The notes: generated by a model not told the origin, from the sequence alone. Shown: positions 14,801-27,813, counted from the whole stretch's first letter. The stretch is 63,155 nt of DNA, filler included, from Reclinomonas americana ATCC 50394 (GCA_048213135.1; 19 parts of 19 records of this genome joined end to end with filler, not necessarily neighbours in it); one strand, 5' to 3'. Made by a program: numbers and translations.

Positions 14801-16526
14801 CGAGAAGGGCGGGAATGAGAGCGACAAGGGAGGGAATGAGAGAGAAAGGGGGGAATGAGAGAGAAAGGGGAGGAATGAGAGAGAAAGGGAGGAGAGGGAA
14901 CTTAAGAGGGCGAAAGGGAGAGGGAAGAGAGGTGGGCTCCATGTGAGTGCATGCATGAGAGAGAGAGCAATGTCAACATGAGTTGCGCACAGGGAATCAC
15001 TCTCCCAACAACGAAACTCGTCGTGAACGACAGCGTCGATCCAGCCACAACGGTCGAATCCGACAGCACAGTCACCGCACGGAAATAGTTGACGGATCCT
15101 GGCGTCAGCTGCGAAAGTGTATCACTGATGCTGGCGGTTGTGCCGGACGCATTCGTCGACGGGCCGGCAGTGATGCGGCACTCTCCAGGCTGAAGCGTGA
15201 TCAATCGAATTGTGTTGCCAGCTCCAGGAGCACCAGAAAACTCTGATGAACACGACTCAGAGTGAGTGGAACAGTAGCTATCAGCAGAAACCGAATCTCA
15301 AACTCACCAGTCACATAAAGTAAATTGCCTTGTGCCAGATACATGCCAAACTGTAAAAGTGAAGCACATTAGTGACACACTCTGCAACACACTATAAGGC
15401 AACCAGGCGCTGTGCGCAAGGTCACAATTCCCAAAGATTCGCACGCAATCGACGGAGGAGAGAGAACAAATATACCCTCGCTCCCCACGACACATGGCTC
15501 TCCTCACACTTCACACGCACCGGTAATGAAACAACAGCATCCATCAACGGTCCATCCACAGACGACGCACCGAGCGCAGGCACTGTGAGAGCCGAAACGA
15601 CCATGGTTGCGAGATCAAGTTGCTTAATTCCAAGTCCCTGATCAGCGATGTACAGAATCCGTCGCACTTCGTCGAGATACAGCGTGCGTGGATTCAGGAA
15701 CTTGGCAGTTGCAGCGGGGCCCACAGTGTACCCCTGCGTGTCTTGGCCGACAAGATTGCCAAGTTGCATCGGACTCGCCGCCAAGTCCAGCTGTCGAATT
15801 TTACGTCCGCTCAGCGACCCCACGTATAGCTTGTTGACTGATAGATCGAGTGCCAGTCCCGCGGGTTGGTTGAATGTTGGCGTCGTGGTTGAGCAGTCGC
15901 CGTCGGCAGCGCCAGCAATACCGTATTGACCACAAATCAACGTGAGGGACAAGCCATCCGCGTTCACACGCCTGTGACCGGTAGCAAACAGGGGTCAGGG
16001 GTCAGTAGACGCAAATGACAAACAAGCGGAAAACAATGTGGAAGAAGACCACCACAAACAGGAAAGCCACAACAAAGGCAGTTCAACCTGGTACTTTCTG
16101 ACATTATTCTAGCAACTCGGGTGACACATGAAATACACACTTAACTTTTTCCCTCAATAACACCATGCTCACTTCCCACCTGCCACTCTCACCTTACGGT
16201 ATGCTGGTCGAACTCGGAAAAGTAAAGCACCTGGTTGCCCGCATCGTACGCCACACTATAGATGAAGTCTGGAGCCGGTGTCGCACTGCTACTCGTGACC
16301 AGTGATGTCGTGTGCCCATTCGACGATACTCGTCGAACGGCGTTATTGAACGCCTGCAATAACAGGTGGGTAAGCGCGCGGAGATGCAGACGGCAAATAC
16401 TCAACAACCAAGCAGATGTGACGACAACAAGGAGAATTTCAAGTCCGAAAGCGACACGATGCAAGGCCACGGGAGGATGACAAGACATGAACGAAGAGTG
16501 TACATCGTAAATATAGATGTGTGTGC

Positions 16527-16564
<38 letters not shown>

Positions 16565-19500
16565 CAAGCCCATTGTCTCACGCACGTCAGCAACGAAAAG
16601 TGTGCTCGACTCTAGATCAATAGCGAGGCCTCGTGGACTGCACAGGCGCACAAAACAATATCAACATCATGTCAGACACACAACCTAACAATGACCACAA
16701 TCGCAGAAACAAAATCCACACGAACCTGCTGAATCGCGCCGTAGACGCCGCACCATCCACCAATGCTCCGGTTGCTCCACACACACCAGCAAATGTCGAA
16801 ACCATGCCCGATGACACGTCGATGAATCGAATGCAGTTATTGCTGCGCGAGAGCAACGACACGCATTGGAAGGAAGGAGAGNNNNNNNNNNNNNNNNNNN
16901 NNNNNNNNNNNNNNNNNNNNNNNNNTTAATTAATTAANNNNNNNNNNNNNNNNNNNNNNNNNNNNNNNNNNNNNNNNNNNNGAGAGAGAGAGAGAGAGAC
17001 AGTTTTCAGTGAGACATTGATTGCTGCCTCGTCGGTGCAAGAAGTAGCACGTGCACGTAACCCTGCGTCCGCGAGGAACATGTTGCCCTCGGAGTCGCCA
17101 ATAATGGCCTGCAGTGCCAACACAACACGACACATCACAAGTATCAGGAGAAAAAGCTTACAAACACATGCCACGATGCAGTTAGCAGTCGCGACGAAAC
17201 TCGCGGATCGTTGAACAGCGCGCTCGCAAGCGCACCATTGGTTGTTCCAGGAGTGTTGGGGGTACCAGCATACGTCGTCACCGAAGACGCTGTCGTGAAA
17301 TCGCTGCTCGATCGTGCCAACTCGAAGTAGTTGCTGCTCGTCGCACCCGAGTTGTTCGTAATCGACCCATTCACCGTCGCCGTGTATGTCGCCACTGCAG
17401 TCGCCGCGCTGCTCGTCGCAAGTGCAGCTGTCGCATTCACGAGATAAGGGGGGGAGAGAGAGAGATTCAATCATCGACAAGCGACAACAGGCAAACTGCA
17501 TCCAGCACACCCAACAAACCGTTGCCAACGACAAGCGATGTTGTTCCGACACGCTCCGCCGTACCTGTACCTCCATACAAGTAGCTAGATACACGCCCGA
17601 ACAACACAAGACAACACACAACATCAACAACAGTAATCTGTCAGATAAACACACTAGCTACTGCGCACTCCACAATTCTCTCTCACTCTCCCTCTTCTGC
17701 ACACACTTCCCCATACACACACGCTAAATCACACACACACTCCACTCTCCCCCCTCCTTTCTTCATCCTCGTCTTCTCCTTCCCCGCGCCCTCCTCTCTC
17801 TCTCTCTATTCTCTTCTCCTTGACAGCCACGCACCACACAGAGTACAGTCCATCCGTCAGTGCCGTCGACGGGCTCGGCGTCTGCACTGTTTTCGTCGTC
17901 CCGTCACTCGACACCGACACATGCGTCAGCGCCGTCGCACTGCCGCTGCACGTTGCCCCCGACTCCACCTGCACCACGTCGCTCGCCACCAAGTTCACGC
18001 CAGTCACCACAATCTGCACACCGCTCGTCGTCGCGGCAATCGACGTCGGCGAGAACCCCGTTGTCAACCCGCCAGACGCTGCACACCCCAAAACCAGGAG
18101 GTGAGCGCTGCAATTCAACAAGCAAATATACAAGCTCCCGGGGGACGCACTTTTGAACGACAGCGTCGTCCCATTCAGCACCGTCGAGTCGGAGAGCACA
18201 GTCACGGCACGGTAATAGTACGTCGCTCCGCTGTTGAGCTGCGAGACAGCCTTGGATATCGATGCAGCAGAGACAGCTCCAGTCGTGCTCGGCGATGCCG
18301 TAATCCGCACAGATGACGGTTGCAGTTTGATGAGATGCACCACACTCGCGTTGAAATCTACACATGCAAAGAATGTCAGACGCAAGACATTTCCAGCTGA
18401 ACGCTCACCCATTCCCTCCACTCTCCGACACACCGGTTACATACAACCAATTGCCATTGACGACAATGCCAAACTGCACAAACGGAAGCGTGTCAGTCCG
18501 TTCCTTTGGACTCACCGAAATACAACGCGGCTGCAATAATGATTACTCACGGCATAACTAAATCGCGCATTCACCAGTGGCCCGTGAACACTACCAGTCC
18601 CCTTGATAATGGTAGAGACGCTCATACTCGACAGGTCGAGCTGGCGAACTCTTCCAAAGCCATTTTCGCCAATGTACAGCACACTGCTGTTGACGTCGAG
18701 GCACAAGGATATTGGCCTGTCGAATGTTGCACTGAGCGCAGCCCCGTCCGCTGATCCAGACGCCCCAGTACCCGCGATAGTTGTCACTTGGTTCGAAGTC
18801 AAATTGATTTGTCGAATAACCTTGCTGGTACCAGAGCCAATGTACAGCACATTGCGTGCCTGATCGACGGCAATCGAAGATGGCTGATTGAATGTAGCCG
18901 TCGTCAAACAGTCACCATTGGTGGCGCCGCTCATATTGTGCTGTCCGCAGAACAGAATCGCGCCAGTTCCGTCACTCTTGATGCGACTGCATGCACCGAG
19001 TCAGAGTCCATAGACAACACGCAAACGAATTGTTCAAAACGTACCGAATGGTGTGAGTGTTGAACGAGGTAAAGTACACGTATTGCGACGACGAATCGTA
19101 GGCGACATTAAACGCGCTGTCGATCGCAGGCGAGCCATTCAAGTTGGTGCTGTTGTCCACTAAAGTCGAAGTCGTCCGATCTGAGGTCACTTTACGCACC
19201 GCGTTGTTGTCGGCCTGTGTGGTAGTGGCGATCGGCAGGGAGAACGCAGAGGCGGGGAGGAAGGAAGAAGAAAAGGAACAAGAACAAGAAAGAGAGCAAG
19301 TGCAAAATGAAGAAGAAGAAGCAGAAGCAGAAGACAAGAAGCAAGTGGAAACCAGCAGGGGGAAAGGAAAGAAGAAGAACAAAAACAGGAAGAACAAAAA
19401 GAAGAAGAAAAGAAAAGAAAAGAAAAGACGACAGCGGACAAGGGTGAGGAAGAGAGAAAGAGAGCGAAGGAGGACGAGGAGGAGAGGAAACATGAAGAAT

Positions 19501-19799
19501 CGATCACACAGTCTTCAGACCCGTGAAGCACGCACTCATAGAAGCACAACAAACACAACGGAAACGCGACAGCATGCGGAATCAACACAAAAACGCATCA
19601 TTCAACAAGAATTGAGGCAGAGGGAAACATGAAGACTGAACGGAAGCCAAACTCAGAGATCAAGCCTTACGAAATGAAACGCACATCACCAACATACAGC
19701 GTCGTCGTCTGCCGATCCATGTCCAACCCCACAGGACTGTGTGTCACAGAACCGTGTCAACATTATACTCGTAACGAAGTGGAAACTCTCACACTCACA

Positions 19800-19837
<38 letters not shown>

Positions 19838-21324
19838 CCACACCACACAAGAGCTGATCAACGCAACTTGAAGAAACGCGCCACAGACGGCCCACCATTC
19901 ACATAGTCGGACGGCTGGCCACAGCCGCCAGTGTATGTCGACACATCTCCCGAGTGAATGTCGACGAATCGAATGCATTGATTGCTGCGCGCAAGCACAC
20001 ACCAGAGTCAATCCATAACGACGTGACAGTGGTGCCGCACACAGACGTCGACGCAACTTGTAGTCGGCGATATACAAATTGCCACGTGCATCCGACGCCA
20101 TTCCCTAATCCGACCGACAAGTGAGTTTTACAACTCATGCACAGTATGACGCAGGGGATCAACCACTCAACAAGTGGACCATTGAACATCGCATGTAGTC
20201 GATCATCGTTCTTGAAGTCGTTTGTGCCAAAGCTGCCAGCAAAGGTGCTGACCACCGACGCCGTCGAGAAGTCCCCGCTGCCGACGGCCAGCTCAAAGTA
20301 GTTGTTGCTGGCCGACGCAGAAACGTTAATGACCAGACCATTCAGTGTCGCAGTGAGGGTCGACACTGCTGACGCGGCGTTTGTCGTCGCCGACGAATCT
20401 AGTACGCGCAACAGCATGTCAGCCTCGGCACGTCTGATTTGCTGACAACGAACAGAACCAGACCTCCTACGACAACAAGTGACGAGCCAATTTGCCAGGG
20501 CGTACCCGCCCCGTCGTACAGGTAGCTATGATCGCAAAGAAGGAAATGTCATTACACAAAACATGCTCATCACATGACACGTAATCGCAAAGGAAAAAAA
20601 ACAAACGCACCACACAAGATATGATCCCGCCGCCAGATTGCCATCGCCAGTCAACGCAGTCAGCCTGCGCGCTCCAGACGACCCACTCACGTTATCACTC
20701 GTCATGGTGTACGTCGTCGTGCCACTCGTACACGATCCGCCAGCCACCAATTGCACAACATCACTCGTCGTCAATGCTCGCCCAGTCACAGTCACCGTCT
20801 GTCCCGCCGCATTTGCAAGGATTAATCCGGCAGTATATGACTCTGCCTGTTTGTCTGTGATGCGATTACAGTCAAGAAAATGAGCTTCCACCAAAAATAA
20901 TACGAAGCCACGCGGCGACAATGACAAAGATCAGCACGTAACACACAGTCATGGTGCCCGGCAACTGCACATACGACCCTTGGTTGTTGTATTTGTAGCT
21001 GTTGTGCATCATCACGTGAGATAAGCAAACAGAATCAACGAGGATACATAGAACGTTTTCATGCACACAACCACACTCACCACAGCACATACGACCCGGC
21101 CGGTGTCAGATTCGTATCAAGAATAATACCAAGCATTAGCCGAAATCCGGGAAACAGTCCATTATATTGCAACGACACCCCATGTGACGTCGCTCCGTCA
21201 CATGAAGCACCAAGCACCAGACGAGCACCGTCGGAATTATCAAGACCGCGTCCAGTCACAGACAGCCGCACTCCAAACGTCTCCGCCACGATCGAATCCG
21301 GCGAGAACGACTCCGCGAGTTTGT
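165..21324 (-). CDS. Giant multi-exon repetitive extracellular-type protein: Cys-containing Ig/IPT-like domains plus 7 FN3-like domains each with an inserted 6-bladed NHL beta-propeller (partial at both ends, spans gaps; could be >1 tandem gene)
   Basis: GT-AG exons splice into recurring modules. Ig-like: 'SFSPxSIxAxTSGxxVTVTGRxLxxxDxVxLVxGxxC...GSYxVC-Y'. FN3 N-half: 'ATTNAASAVSTLTATLNG...NNYFELA'. NHL blades: 'TIAGTGxxGSADGxALSAxFxxPxxLxLD...LYIG'. FN3 C-half: 'SQLNSGxTYYYRAVTVLSDSTVLNGxTLSFT'. A higher-order unit recurs with about 6.8 kb offset (21324 vs 14488). Confidence 0.85.
945..1040. repeat. (CA)n microsatellite, intronic
   Basis: Near-perfect CA run. Confidence 0.95.
1299..1411. 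repeat. (CT)n/(CTGT)n compound microsatellite, intronic
   Basis: Read directly from the sequence. Confidence 0.9.
3198..3297. other. Artificial assembly gap spacer (first of 18)
   Basis: N-run + TTAATTAATTAA (stop in all six frames) + N-run, 100 nt. The others start at 6865, 8859, 10763, 14607, 16882, 21453, 22846, 26925, 31832, 33970, 36104, 37636, 39927, 45408, 48459, 56241 and 59839. DNA-PKcs stays collinear across two of them. Confidence 0.97.
13240..14600 (-). repeat. Recent intragenic segmental duplicate of about 20100-21450, with exons and introns near-identical
   Basis: Introns such as 'gcaacagcatgtcag(t/c)ctcggcacgtctgatttgctgacaacgaacagaacc' and 'gagataagcaaac(g/a)gaatcaacgaggatacata' are shared between the two copies. 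Confidence 0.9.
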
Positions 21325-21552
21325 CTGCAGAAGAGCGACACACAGGTAAGAACATCGCAAACGCCTTGTTGTTCCCCTTGGTTCACGCGCAGCAAAACAA
21401 TTACATAGAATTCTCACAGCATCTCTCGCACAGCGAATACGGAAAATGACTGNNNNNNNNNNNNNNNNNNNNNNNNNNNNNNNNNNNNNNNNNNNNTTAA
21501 TTAATTAANNNNNNNNNNNNNNNNNNNNNNNNNNNNNNNNNNNNNNNNNNNN

Positions 21553-24500
21553 CCTTTGACTGGCTTCCCGACATGATCGAAGGCGACAATGACGAAGACC
21601 GTCTCAAGAACATGGCCGAGTTGCGACATGTGTGGCGCTGAATGTTCCTTCTTGTTCTCTTTTCTCACCTCCCTTACAGCCTCGAGGGCAAGAACCGCGA
21701 GCAGACCCTGCAGATGCAGCGTGCCGCCGAGCTGGAGAAGCAGCGTCAGCAGGAAGAAATCATGCGACAGATTGAGCGTGCTCGCAACAAGGTGCGCCAA
21801 AGTGTAGCAGTGGAATCCTTCCATCCCTGGTTATTATCTCAGAACTGTTTCACCCCTGTCGCTTCATCGCCTCTTACTTCATCTTTTCCCTCACTTTCAG
21901 ACTGTGTAGTTCTTACTCACTGCCCCCTCCTTGTGCTTCCACCTTGTGCTCACCCCTTGTGCTCACCCCTTGTGCTTCCCCCTTGTGCTTCCCCCCTTGT
22001 TCTTCCCCCTTGTGCTTTTCCCTTGTGCTTCCCCCTTGTGCTTTTCCCTTGTGTTTTCCGTTGTGCTTTCCCCTTTGTGCTCCCGTCCTCCTTCCTCTGT
22101 TGTGCTTCCCCCTTCTCCTTCCCCCTTGTGCTTCCCCCTTGTGCTTCCCCCTTATGCTTCCCCCTATGCTTCCCCCTTCTCCTTCCCCCTTGTGCTTTTC
22201 CCTTGTGCTTCCCCCGGTGCTTCCCTCTTCTCCTTCTCCTTCTCCTTCCCCCTTTGTGCTTCCTCCTTGTACTCCCTCCTTGTGCTTCCCCGTCTCCTTC
22301 CCCCCTCTCCTTCACCCCTTCTCCTTTCCCTTCTCCTCCCCCCTTCCCCTTCTCCTTCCACCTTACTCCCTCCCCTCACATTGTACTCGGTAGGGCGAGG
22401 AGCGCATGGAGGAAATCGTTCTCCAACTCAATCAAGTCCACGACGAGCAAATGGAGGAAATGCGCACGTTGGTGCGTCCCCTCCCCCCACACCTCCCTTC
22501 CTCTCATCCCGCGTCTCAACTCCCCGCCTGCAGTTCGACAGTAAGCTGCGGGAGATGGAGGCATCGCTGCAAGAAAAGAGCGATCTGATTGAGGTTCTGG
22601 AGCGTGTGCGAGATGAGCAGGAGGAAAACCTGCAGCGCCGTCTGGAGGAGGTGATTTTCTTGCTTTCCCTCTCCGGACTGTAGCTTGTCTGACTCCGCAT
22701 GTCAACGCTGACAGTGCAAGGCAACGCAAGCCGACACCATCTCGCGCTTGCAAGATAGCGTGCATGATCTGCGACGCGAACTCGACGAGGCGTACCTGAA
22801 GGAGATCGGTTCGTTGTCCATGTCTCTCCCCGTTCGCTCGTCTATNNNNNNNNNNNNNNNNNNNNNNNNNNNNNNNNNNNNNNNNNNNNTTAATTAATTA
22901 ANNNNNNNNNNNNNNNNNNNNNNNNNNNNNNNNNNNNNNNNNNNNTTTACTGTTGTTGCTGTGTGTCGGCTCTTTCCCTCCGCGTCTGTGCTCTGGTTCT
23001 CATTCTTGTTCGCTCAAGGGCAAACGATTCGTGGCTCCTTTCTGTCGTTGATTTCCCCCAGTGTCGTTTTCTTTCCTCTTTGCTTTCCTCTCCCTTTTTT
23101 CTCACTCACTTTTCTCTCTCTCATTCTTCCTCTCTCTTCCTCTCCCCCTTTCCCCTCTTTCCTTCCTGTCTTCGTTTCCTCTCTCTCTCTTCCTCTCTTC
23201 TTCCTCTCTCTCTCTCTCTCTTGCTTCCGTGTCCTCGCTCCCTTTCCTCTCCCTTCCTCTCCCCCTTCCTCTCCCCCTTCCTCTCCCCCCTTTTCTCTCT
23301 CACCTTTCTCTCTTCTCCCTTCCTCTCCCCCTTTCCTCTCTCTCTCTCTTTCCTCTCTCCCCTTTCTCTTTTCTCACTTGTCCCTTGTACCAGACGGACA
23401 AGATCCTCAGCATCCTGCAAAGCGTCGAATCACACATGACGGCGCTGCATCACGGTGTCAGTGAACTGCACGAGGCGGCGAATCTCTTCGCGGAGCTCGA
23501 TTCTGCCAAGCAACCGCCGCAGGAAGATGACGAGCAGGAACAGCAGCTACAACAACAGCCACAGCAAGATCAGGACGAGGAGGCGGCAACGGAGCTCGAC
23601 GAAGCCACGGATGCATTTAGTGAGACTCGTCAGCCGCACTTGCAAGTGGAACGCTCCTCGGACGGCGGCGACGGCACCGTTGATCCGTCAGTGTCGGCAT
23701 CGGGTGGAGCCTCCTCGCGTAGCGCGTCGGCGTTGCGTCACCAGGAGCAACGTGGATGGAGTGCTCGTGGAGACTCTGATGCACCGTCGGTCGACGCGTC
23801 GCCCATGGTGGTTGGTGCAGAAGTTGCCGCACCCCCGGCAGCGCGTCCAGCCGCCGCTGCCACCACCGCCGCCACCGCTACTGCCGCTGCCGGCGGCGCA
23901 GGAACGGCGGCAGCAGGTGGACGCAAGCCCAAGCCGTCACGAGGTTCGAGCCAGAAGAGTCTGCAGTCACAGTCCTCTGCCGGCTCCATGGGCACGCTGC
24001 GTCGTGCCAACAGCGGCGGCAGTGTGGGCGGCCGTGATCGCGAGGCGGCTGCGGGTAAGAAGCGAGCAGGCGCGGGCAAGAAGGAGAGCAGTGCAGCGGC
24101 ACGCCCGACCACCGAGGCCGAGGCCAGCCGTCGTCGGCAGCGCATTCTTGCCGACACGCTGCAGGCGAAACGAGAGTTGCGTGTTGGTGTGCGGCTTGAA
24201 GCGGCAATGAGTTGTACAATTGCTAGTCTAACTTCCTCTTCTCTTCTTCTGCAGGTTCATTGCCGATCTCGGCAGTTTGGCGGCGAAGATTCGCCTGCTC
24301 GGCACGCAGGTGGAGGAGTTGTACCGACGGCCGGCGGTGGCAGCCTCGATCGACTTGGACCAAGAGTTGGCCGACGACGGTTACTTTGATTATCCGTTCC
24401 CGCACGAATTCGTTGCGTGTGCAGTCGCGGTGTGGAGGGCCGCCGTTGCTGCTGCAGCCTACTCAGAATGCTTCCCCGTGGTGCACAGGTGCCGACACAA

Positions 24501-27500
24501 GTCACGCAGCAACCACGAGCACGCGGCGGAACGCCAGCACAAGAAACTCGCACGGGATCTCGGCCGCCGTCACGCAGTGGTGGTGGTTTGACAGCGCCGC
24601 CCCAGGACGAAGCATTCAATGTGCTGAGCCGCTCGTTTGCCATTGTGAGTGCGACACGGCAGCGCGTCCTCCGTTGGTTACTCCATATTCTCACTTCCCT
24701 TGTCGCTCACGCAGAGTGCACGCGATCTGGCGAGCATTTTGACGTCGTCCATGCCGCAAGGCGAACCGGCGTCATATCCGTCCTGGTTCTGGAACACGGT
24801 GCAAGGAATGCCGGCGAATCGTCAGCCCGCCCCCCCGCCCGATGTGCGTGTGCTTTCCACGCTTTTCTGTTGTGTGCAGTCGTGTGGCTCACCTTGTTTC
24901 CCCCCGCTACAGGGTCACTTGTATGGTGTACACCCGCACGCAGTGCGACGCACGCTGGCTGCGCCGAGTGAGCGTGCGATGGACTTGATGCGTCAGCTGC
25001 AAGAGTATGGTGTATTGCGTGATGTGGACGAGCTGGTTCACAACAGCACCAGCAGTATCGTGAATGGGCGTTTCACACGCATGCCGGGTGTGGTCAGTCG
25101 GTCACCCTCGCCGCCTGTGAGACGGTGCGTGGGGAGGGGGTGGAAGGGAGAAAGAGGGTTGTTTGTAAGTCAGAGAGTACGCTTGTGCGTGGGGCATTGA
25201 GTCGTTCGAGTTCTCTCGATTTGCTTAAACCCGCAAAATAGCAGACAGGAACAGAGAAAAAAGGCAGGATGAGAAGAGAAAGAGAAAACTGAGTTGTCAT
25301 ATGAGAGAGTGGGGACATGCGTGGGCGGGCCAAGGAAGTGCGCCGTGGTGAGCAAGTCTGACATAAAATGTGTGTGTAGAGCGTATGCCACACCTGAACC
25401 GGAACCAGATCGTGAAGTTGCGTCTCCACCCCCGTTCTGCTCTGCCTGCTTCCGCTTTTCACTCAGTGCACATCCTCATGCAGTCCGCCCCCATCCGCAT
25501 CACTCGCATGGTGGCTCCGGAATCCGAGCTCTCGCGCTTCCGTGCCATGCCCATGTCGGGTGCACCAGCAGCTTCGGCAGCCGCGAATGCAGACCAGAAT
25601 CAATCGTTCACCGGTGCGTTTCCGAGGTGGAACAGAGTGTTTTCATTCTTTCTCTCTCTCCCTGCCACCGTATTCTCGATTGCTTCTGCAGTCCTCTTTC
25701 ATCCCAGCTCACCCTCATCATCCATATTCCTTGTCCTGGTCACCCGCCATCCATCACTGTTTATGTTCTCCCCTCTTGCTGCCTCCTTCTCTTCATCAAT
25801 TGTTCTTTCTCCTCCTGTCTCCTCTGTCAACCTCTTTATCTCATGTGCTCTTTTCTTTCTCCTTCTCCCCCATCTCCCCTTCTCTCCCCCCTTTACTCGC
25901 CTCCTTCCCCCTTCTCCCCTTCTCTCCCCTCTTTCCCCCTCTTTCCCCTTCTCTCCCCCTCTTTCCCCCTCTTTCCCCCTCTTTCCCCCTCTTTCCCCCT
26001 CTTTCCCCCTTTCCCCCTCCGTCCCCCTTCTCCTCCCCACCTCACCCTTTCCTCCTTCCGCGCAGTGTTCGACGCTCCCGACACCCTCCTCGACAGCATC
26101 CTCATGGACTACTCGAATCAAACCGGCGGCATCAACGACAGCAGTCACGCCATGGGTGCCGTCGACTTGTCGCAGGTGGTGTGGCCGTCGCCGCTCGGAC
26201 TACCACCGGTGGGATCTCGCCAGGTTGGCGGTGGCAAGGAGACGCCCTCGCCCTCTCCGCTGGCCTCCCGCTTGGCCGCCAATCTACGCACACCTGCCAC
26301 TGTGCCATCGCCCTGGTCGGCGTCGACCTCACAATCGCACCTGGCGGTACTGCCCGGCAACATGCATCCACTGCCGCTGCCGCTGGTGCCTTCATCTGCC
26401 ATCGGTGACATGGTGCCGGGGATGGGGAGTGCGGGAGGTGGTGGTGGTGGTGGTACGAACAGTGGTGCGGGCAGTGCGGCGGCTTCGGCCTCGCGCAACC
26501 AGGGCGGAGCTGGAGGCCTGCAACCGCTGGCCGGCGCCGCAGGTGGGAACACGTCGGTGGAACTGGCGCAGTTGCGCAAACGGCTGCGCAAGAGCGAGTT
26601 GGCCCGCGAGTTGGCCGCCTCGCGGTCGTCGGGGTTGGACGAGCTGGAAGACGGCGGCGATCCGCGCCTGCACGAGCTGCATTTCAAGCAAATGATCGAG
26701 CACAAGATGCGTGCCGGTCCGAGTGGAGCCATTCCGTCGCTCTCCCACGTACACGACATGGCCGTCGTGTCTGTAACCGAGAAGCGGCATCAGCGTGCTA
26801 CTTCCAGTGGCCAGCCGGCGGCGCCGTTCGGTATGCAACAGCGGCCAGTGCTTACGCGCGGTGGATCCGACCCGAACAGTTCCGTCAAAAAATATTCCCC
26901 CTCTCTTTCTTCTTTGCACTGAACNNNNNNNNNNNNNNNNNNNNNNNNNNNNNNNNNNNNNNNNNNNNTTAATTAATTAANNNNNNNNNNNNNNNNNNNN
27001 NNNNNNNNNNNNNNNNNNNNNNNNTTGGCCGACCGCACTCACGCGGGTCCTCGCCGACGCCCAATTCGATTCCGCAAGTGCGCGGCTCGTCGGCCAATCG
27101 CCGACCAATGCCCACGCGAGGTATCACAAGTCGTGCAGCACACAGTGATGATAGTGCTTCTGATGCTCATGATACTGATGCTCGTGCTGATGCAGCTGGC
27201 TCGACTCCGCCGACAACTCCGCCATTGCCGGTCGCCTCCTCCTCGCAACAGGGGTTCCAGGATTCAGACAGTGTGGCCAGCTCCAACTTGGCTGTGCTGC
27301 CGCCACTCAGCGACATGGCTATGCGCTCCACGTTCTCACGGTGAGCTGGCGGGAAATGAGAGAAAGAGAGGAGGAGAGAAACAGAGAGGGGTGGACATGG
27401 CGGGGTTTGCGTCTCGATGCGAACATGAGTGTGTGAGGACAGATAGAGAGAACTCAAGAGCGAGAGAGAGATAGGCAGAGATGAGTGAGTGAGTGAGAGA

Positions 27501-27696
27501 GAGAGAGAGAGAGTGAGTGTGGGAGAGCATCATGGTTGATTTTGTTGTCGGTATTGATGGTTTGGTGGGCAGGTTTGTTGCAAGACAGCGCATCACCTCG
27601 GCCAAGTTCTCCGATGGCTCAACAGTGGTTCGACGTGGTGGTGGTGGAGGAGGAGGAGGAGGGGCCTCGCAGTTGCCGAGTGCGTTGGACAGATAA
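21553..27696 (+). CDS. Multi-exon coiled-coil, low-complexity protein of unknown function (5' end in a gap; 27025-27696 may be the same gene or a separate one)
   Basis: Spliced exons read 'LEGKNREQTLQMQRAAELEKQRQQEEIMRQIERARNK', 'FDSKLREMEASLQEKSDLIEVLERVRDEQEENLQRRLEE', 'QAKREFIADLGSLAAKIRLLGTQVEELY' and 'VELAQLRKRLRKSELARELA'. The putative last exon ends SQLPSALDR* at 27696. Confidence 0.65.
21920..22330 (+). repeat. Intronic minisatellite, about 12-14-nt unit CCCCTTGTGCTT(C)
   Basis: Many degenerate tandem copies. Confidence 0.9.
25915..26015 (+). repeat. Intronic 10-nt tandem repeat CTCTTTCCCC
   Basis: Read directly from the sequence. Confidence 0.9.
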
Positions 27697-27767
27697 TGAA
27701 TGTTTGTGTTGTAGTTGATCCGTGTTTATTTTCTCGCACACTCCCTCTCTTCGCATGTCTCTCGCGC

Positions 27768-27813
<46 letters not shown>

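Noticed and set aside
21642..22683. Long Pro/Cys/Leu/Phe-rich ORFs (also 25294-26065, 35269-36045, 52271-53167)
   Set aside because: Stop-poor translations of intronic pyrimidine minisatellites.
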